A stretch of 64,000 nucleotides of DNA from an uncultured delta proteobacterium (GTDB taxonomy: Bacteria; Desulfobacterota; Desulfobacteria; Desulfobacterales; QNYZ01). Made by a program: the position numbers and the translations under genes. Below are positions 59,871 through 64,000 of the stretch, in pieces; positions within the stretch are counted from its first letter, which is position 1; every line of letters begins with the position of its first letter. The DNA lies in assembly GCA_963845145.1 (NCBI GenBank), contig CAWJQU010000005.1, positions 800,001-864,000 of the forward strand, read 5' to 3'. The notes beneath the pieces were generated by a model that was not told where the DNA came from, made no database searches, and worked only from the letters and a program-made list of their open reading frames with translations.

Positions 59871-61136
59871 ATGCCCATGCCCCCCGATTTCGAAGATCGT
59901 CTCAATCCGATTTTAAAAGACGTGGTCGCCCATTTCGGCACGCCGTTTCATATCTATGATGAAACCGGGCTTCGGAAAACCGGCCGTAACCTGATTGATG
60001 CGTTTGCAAATATCACCGGTTTTAAAGAATATTTTGCCGTGAAAGCCTTGCCCAATCCCCATATTCTGAAAATCATGCGGGAAATCGGATTCGGTTTTGA
60101 TTGCAGCTCCATTGCGGAGCTTGTTTTAAGTCGCCGAATTGGTGCCGCGGGTGAGGAGATCATGTTCACGTCCAACAACACCAGTCGCGAGGAATTTGTC
60201 GCGGCGGCTGAAGGCGGGGGCAGCATTCTCAACCTCGATGACCTGTCACTGGTGGAAAAAGTTCCCCATATGCCTGAATTGATCTGTTTTCGATACAACC
60301 CGGGTGCGTCCCGTACGGGCAATCACATTATCGGCAATCCCGTGGAATCTAAATATGGGCTGACCCGGGAACAGTTGCCGCTGGCCTTCGAACAGGCCCG
60401 AGATCGCGGGGCGGTTCGCTTTGGCTTGCATACCATGCTGGCTTCAAATGAGTTGGACCATCTCTATATCGTTGAAACCGCCGAGATGCTCCTCGAGATG
60501 GTGGCCAGGCTGGGTGATGATTTAGGTATCCGGTTCGAGTTTATCAATATCGGTGGTGGGCTGGGGATCCCCTATCAACCGGACCAAGAACCCCTTGATA
60601 TTGCCACGATGGCGGTAGAGATTACAAAGCACCTGCATGCCTTTGAAAAAGAGTACGGCTCTGTTCCCAGGCTATACATGGAAAGCGGGCGATACATAAT
60701 GGGCCACCATGGTGTCCTGGTGACTGAGGCCATCAGTCGCAAAGAGATCTACCGCACCTACGTCGGCGTTGATGCCTGTATGTCGGCCCTGATGCGCCCG
60801 GCTATGTACGGCGCATATCATCACATTTCCGTTCACGGTAAATCCTCCGGCACCCGGAAGGAAAAGGTAGATGTGGTCGGGTCTCTGTGCGAAAACAATG
60901 ATAAGTTTGCCATCAATCGTAGACTGCCGAAAATAGATGACGGCGACCTGCTGATCATCCACGATACCGGTGCCCATGGCCACTCTATGGGTTTTAACTA
61001 CAATGGCCGTTTGCGGCCACAAGAGCTTTTACTGCGCCTCGACGGCTCCGTGGAATTGATCCGTCGTGCTGAAACCCTGGACGATCATTTTGCGACCCTT
61101 GAATTTGATGCGGATAATGTGATGGCGAAAATATAA
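59871..61136 (+). CDS. lysA: Diaminopimelate decarboxylase
   Basis: FAVKALPN PLP lysine, NIGGGLG, ESGRY, MRPAMYGAYH, GSLCENND, GAHGHSMGFNYN. Confidence 0.93.
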   Translation: MPMPPDFEDRLNPILKDVVAHFGTPFHIYDETGLRKTGRNLIDAFANITGFKEYFAVKALPNPHILKIMREIGFGFDCSSIAELVLSRRIGAAGEEIMFTSNNTSREEFVAAAEGGGSILNLDDLSLVEKVPHMPELICFRYNPGASRTGNHIIGNPVESKYGLTREQLPLAFEQARDRGAVRFGLHTMLASNELDHLYIVETAEMLLEMVARLGDDLGIRFEFINIGGGLGIPYQPDQEPLDIATMAVEITKHLHAFEKEYGSVPRLYMESGRYIMGHHGVLVTEAISRKEIYRTYVGVDACMSALMRPAMYGAYHHISVHGKSSGTRKEKVDVVGSLCENNDKFAINRRLPKIDDGDLLIIHDTGAHGHSMGFNYNGRLRPQELLLRLDGSVELIRRAETLDDHFATLEFDADNVMAKI

Positions 61137-61246
61137 TTGATGCTCAGGGTTCGTGTAAAAATAAGTTCACAGTTTTAGGTGTTGAGGCGCTCAGCAATCG
61201 TAGCAGTACAATCTGACTTGAAGTGTAAGTTGTCGTCGATAGGGAG

Positions 61247-61391
61247 TACAAGGAATCTCAAAAAAAAATCTAAGCGCCCCTGGCGGCGTTGCAAAACGGT
61301 TCAAAATGCTCACATACTATGTGTATGCTCCGCTTTTTCACCGTTTCGCGCCTTGCCAAGAACACTTACATTTATTTTGAGATACCTTGTA
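61247..61391. mobile_element. MITE/REP-like palindromic element (145 bp)
   Basis: Terminal inverted repeats TACAAGGAATCTCAAAA / TTTTGAGATACCTTGTA (16 of 17), internal symmetry (AAACGG/CCGTTT, CATAC/GTATG), located between convergent genes. Confidence 0.7.
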
Positions 61392-61404
61392 GTAAAGAGG
61401 CGCC

Positions 61405-62220
61405 CTATACCCATTCAATCGGATTCACTTTGTAGTAGCCTTGAAGTTCTTCGTACAATTCCGGGTGTTTTTTTTGAAACTGTTTCGGCTTTTCGAAAAA
61501 CGATTCGGTGACAACGGCAAAAAACTCAGCCGGATTGGTGGCGCCGTATTTGTTGAACACACTGCGCTTTCTCTTTTTCTTCTTTTTTTGGAGCAGAATA
61601 AATTCCTGGGATAATACTTCCGCCCATGATCGATAAGCAGAACGGTCTCCAAGAATCGGCGCACCGTCGGCAGCGCCGTCCTCCTGGTCCAATTGATGCG
61701 CAAACTCATGCATGGCAACATTGTGGCCGTCTTTAAAGTTGATCGCGCCCTGCTTAACACTATCCCAGGCAAGAACCACGACCCCGTGGCTCCAGGATTC
61801 ACCCAACCGTACAGACCGGTTTGATTTGTCGACAAAAAGCCCGTTGCCACCGGCGACATAAGTACTTGGATACACCAGGATGGAACGCAACTTTGGGTAA
61901 CAATCCGTTTTCCGGTTTAGAAGAAGCATGCATGCTTGGGCTGCAATGGTCACCCGAATCTCATCTGTAATGACCAGGCCACCACACCCCTCGAATGATT
62001 TTTCCGCTAAAAATATTTTGATATAGTCATGCAGTTCCCGACGGAACGTGTCTGATAATTTCGTGTACGGTGGCAGGTTTTTTTTAAGGCCGGCAATCCA
62101 TTCATCTAAAAATGGCGCCTGCAACGCCAAGCGCCGCCTGGCGTTCCGGCGCAACCGGCCAATCAAGACATAAGCTGTAAGTATAACGCCGACAATGATA
62201 AAAACGAGGAGCAACCGCAA
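61405..62220 (-). CDS. MtfA-like zinc metallopeptidase (M90)
   Basis: TIAAQAC, ILVYP, GESW..GVVVLAW, NVAMHEFAHQLD, YGATNPAEFFAVVTESFFEKP. Confidence 0.9.
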   Translation of the reverse strand: MRLLLVFIIVGVILTAYVLIGRLRRNARRRLALQAPFLDEWIAGLKKNLPPYTKLSDTFRRELHDYIKIFLAEKSFEGCGGLVITDEIRVTIAAQACMLLLNRKTDCYPKLRSILVYPSTYVAGGNGLFVDKSNRSVRLGESWSHGVVVLAWDSVKQGAINFKDGHNVAMHEFAHQLDQEDGAADGAPILGDRSAYRSWAEVLSQEFILLQKKKKKRKRSVFNKYGATNPAEFFAVVTESFFEKPKQFQKKHPELYEELQGYYKVNPIEWV

Positions 62221-62391
62221 GTGAAATCTCCATTTTTTGGTTAATTATGCCTGAATATGGATAAATTATTTACAATGGCCCATCAATACATCAATTATTA
62301 TCAATTCGTCAATGAATCTCAACAGTTGAATACCACAAAGTGATATAAATATTTTTTCCAAATAGACCCAACTGTCTTTAATTCTAAAGAA

Positions 62392-62407
62392 ATTGACTTA
62401 AGTCAAT
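62392..62407. promoter_or_regulatory. Crp/Fnr-family-like palindromic site
   Basis: Perfect 16-bp palindrome ATTGAC-TTAA-GTCAAT (TTGAY-N4-RTCAA) in the mtfA/napD divergent region. Confidence 0.6.
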
Positions 62408-62679
62408 GATCTGATATCGTCTGTTTAATATTAATCCTTCCTAAATCACCAGAAGATTCTTTTGCTCATCGTGGTGTCCAAGCGCACCCCCATTTTGGAC
62501 AACCATTTCGTCTTACATGCCGACACTATACTGATATGTCGATATGGCAAATAGATAGTATCACTAATTGGGTTTACGGTCGATTGAGAGTTAACAGCGC
62601 GCCTCAACAAAACAGAATAACCGTTCCCAGTTCACGGAAAGTATCAGCGCCTTTGTATGAATGAACAATTGGAGTTGGA

Positions 62680-62910
62680 ATGCCTGTCTTCAGCTACCTG
62701 GCCTACCCCAAAAAAGGGGCTAAAAATGAATTATTCGATGCGCTGACAACACTTGATCACTGTGAAGCGAGGGCCGCTGATAATGAAAATATTCTGATTT
62801 TGGTCACCGATACCCCCGACGAAGAAAGTGAGAAGGTGTTACAAAAAAAATTGAAGGCTTTAGCCTCACTCGAGTCTCTTAATATGACATTCGGCCATGC
62901 GGACGAATAA
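62680..62910 (+). CDS. napD: NapD-like Tat proofreading chaperone
   Basis: 76-aa ferredoxin-like fold protein (MPVFSYLAYP...ILILVTD) directly upstream of napA. Confidence 0.7.
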   Translation: MPVFSYLAYPKKGAKNELFDALTTLDHCEARAADNENILILVTDTPDEESEKVLQKKLKALASLESLNMTFGHADE

Positions 62911-62938
62911 ACATTTTGACACATAAAAGGAGTGGCAG

Positions 62939-64000
62939 ATGGACATTAGCAGGAGGTTATTCATAAAATCAGCCGCGGCGCAAAGTGCGCTTGCTGCCGC
63001 TGCGGTGTTGTTCCCGGGAATCAGTTTTGGTGCTTGGAAGAATTTGGATTCATCTGCCGGGATGATGGAATGGAAAAAAACCCCTTGTCGGTTTTGCGGA
63101 ACCGGGTGCGGCCTTTTGGTGGGTGTATCCGGAGATCGCGCCGTGGCGGTGAAGGGAGATCCCAACTGTTCCGTCAATAAAGGATTGTGTTGTGTCAAGG
63201 GTTACCACACAGTTCAGATTCTTTATGGCAAAGACCGATTCAAAAAAGCGTATGTTCGCAAAGATGGAAAACTGACCGAGGTGCCGATAACTGAGGCCCT
63301 GGACCTCGTGGCCGGGAAATTAAAGGACACCATTGATGGGCATGGGAAGGATTCCGTGGCGATGTACGGCTCGGGACAATGGTCCATTGCGGACGGCTAT
63401 GCCGCCTCCAAACTGTTCAAAGGATGCATCGGCACCAATAACCTTGAGGCCAACGCCCGGCTTTGCATGGCATCGGCGGTGACGGGATTTATGACAAGTT
63501 TCGGCCTGGATGAACCCATGGGGTGTTATGACGATATCGATCATGCCGATGTCTTTGTCACCTGGGGCAATAATATGGCCGAGATGCACCCGGTACTTTT
63601 CTCGAGGATGTTGGCCAACCGCCAGAGCAAAGAGCATGTCAAAATTATCGATTTTGCCACCCGCACCACCCGCAGCAGCCAGGCTTCCGACAAATCCATC
63701 TTATTTCGACCCCAAACCGATTTGGCAGTGGCCAATGCCATCTGCTATGAAATCATCAAAAACAAATGGGTGGACTGGGATTTTGTCACGAAGCATACTT
63801 CCTTTCATAAAGGTAAAACCAATATTGGATACGGTACCGAGGACCATTTCAAATTCAAAGACAAGGAAGAACCCGTTGATTTTGAGGCCTACAAAACATT
63901 TCTGGAAGATTACACGCCCGAAAAAGTAGAAAAAATATCCGGGGTGTCCGCTCAGGATATCAAATACCTGGCCGCGCTTTATGGCAACCCGGATATAAAG
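62939..64000 (+). CDS. napA: Periplasmic nitrate reductase catalytic subunit, N-terminal part (runs off the window edge)
   Basis: Not in the ORF track. ATG 62939 after AGGAG: MDISRRLFIK (Tat signal), PCRFCGTGC...GLCCVKG [4Fe-4S], GSGQW, NARLCMASA, DEPMGCYDD, WGNNMAEMHPVL. Confidence 0.93.
   Translation, partial: MDISRRLFIKSAAAQSALAAAAVLFPGISFGAWKNLDSSAGMMEWKKTPCRFCGTGCGLLVGVSGDRAVAVKGDPNCSVNKGLCCVKGYHTVQILYGKDRFKKAYVRKDGKLTEVPITEALDLVAGKLKDTIDGHGKDSVAMYGSGQWSIADGYAASKLFKGCIGTNNLEANARLCMASAVTGFMTSFGLDEPMGCYDDIDHADVFVTWGNNMAEMHPVLFSRMLANRQSKEHVKIIDFATRTTRSSQASDKSILFRPQTDLAVANAICYEIIKNKWVDWDFVTKHTSFHKGKTNIGYGTEDHFKFKDKEEPVDFEAYKTFLEDYTPEKVEKISGVSAQDIKYLAALYGNPDIK

Overview
A 64 kb window of ordinary chromosome with one accessory block. 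The gene content and repeat style suggest an anaerobic deltaproteobacterium (Desulfobacterales-like); this is inference. Left to right it holds: a sigma54/TetR-regulated acyl-CoA catabolism cluster (1-9.7 kb); lutABC lactate utilisation; a DeoR/GlpR-regulated Ugp-like ABC transporter with two single-base frameshifts; an AAA-DUF4143 gene and a higA remnant; a membrane protein whose ORF continues in frame past a TGA (candidate new selenoprotein, 19625-20281); and a PaaI-nitroreductase-SagB-like operon. The accessory block (about 23.3-31.3 kb) is partitioned by three degenerate copies of a tmRNA-like 3' end and contains a relic integron attC-like site, an AbiE-like toxin-antitoxin pair and a Fic gene. 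After it come DUF3141, MoxR/VWA, a core methionine synthase-like gene and lptF; an OmpR-family two-component system beside a two-ArnT lipid A modification operon; a DUF6502-DUF5666 locus followed by a highly structured intergenic leader; a selenocysteine-containing selD with a SECIS-like hairpin (missed by the ORF track); a large class III cyclase; lrp-dapL-lysA; a MITE-like palindrome; and the start of napD-napA. No rRNA, intact tRNA/tmRNA, CRISPR array, integrase or transposase was seen. All family calls come from motif recognition by eye, not database searches.
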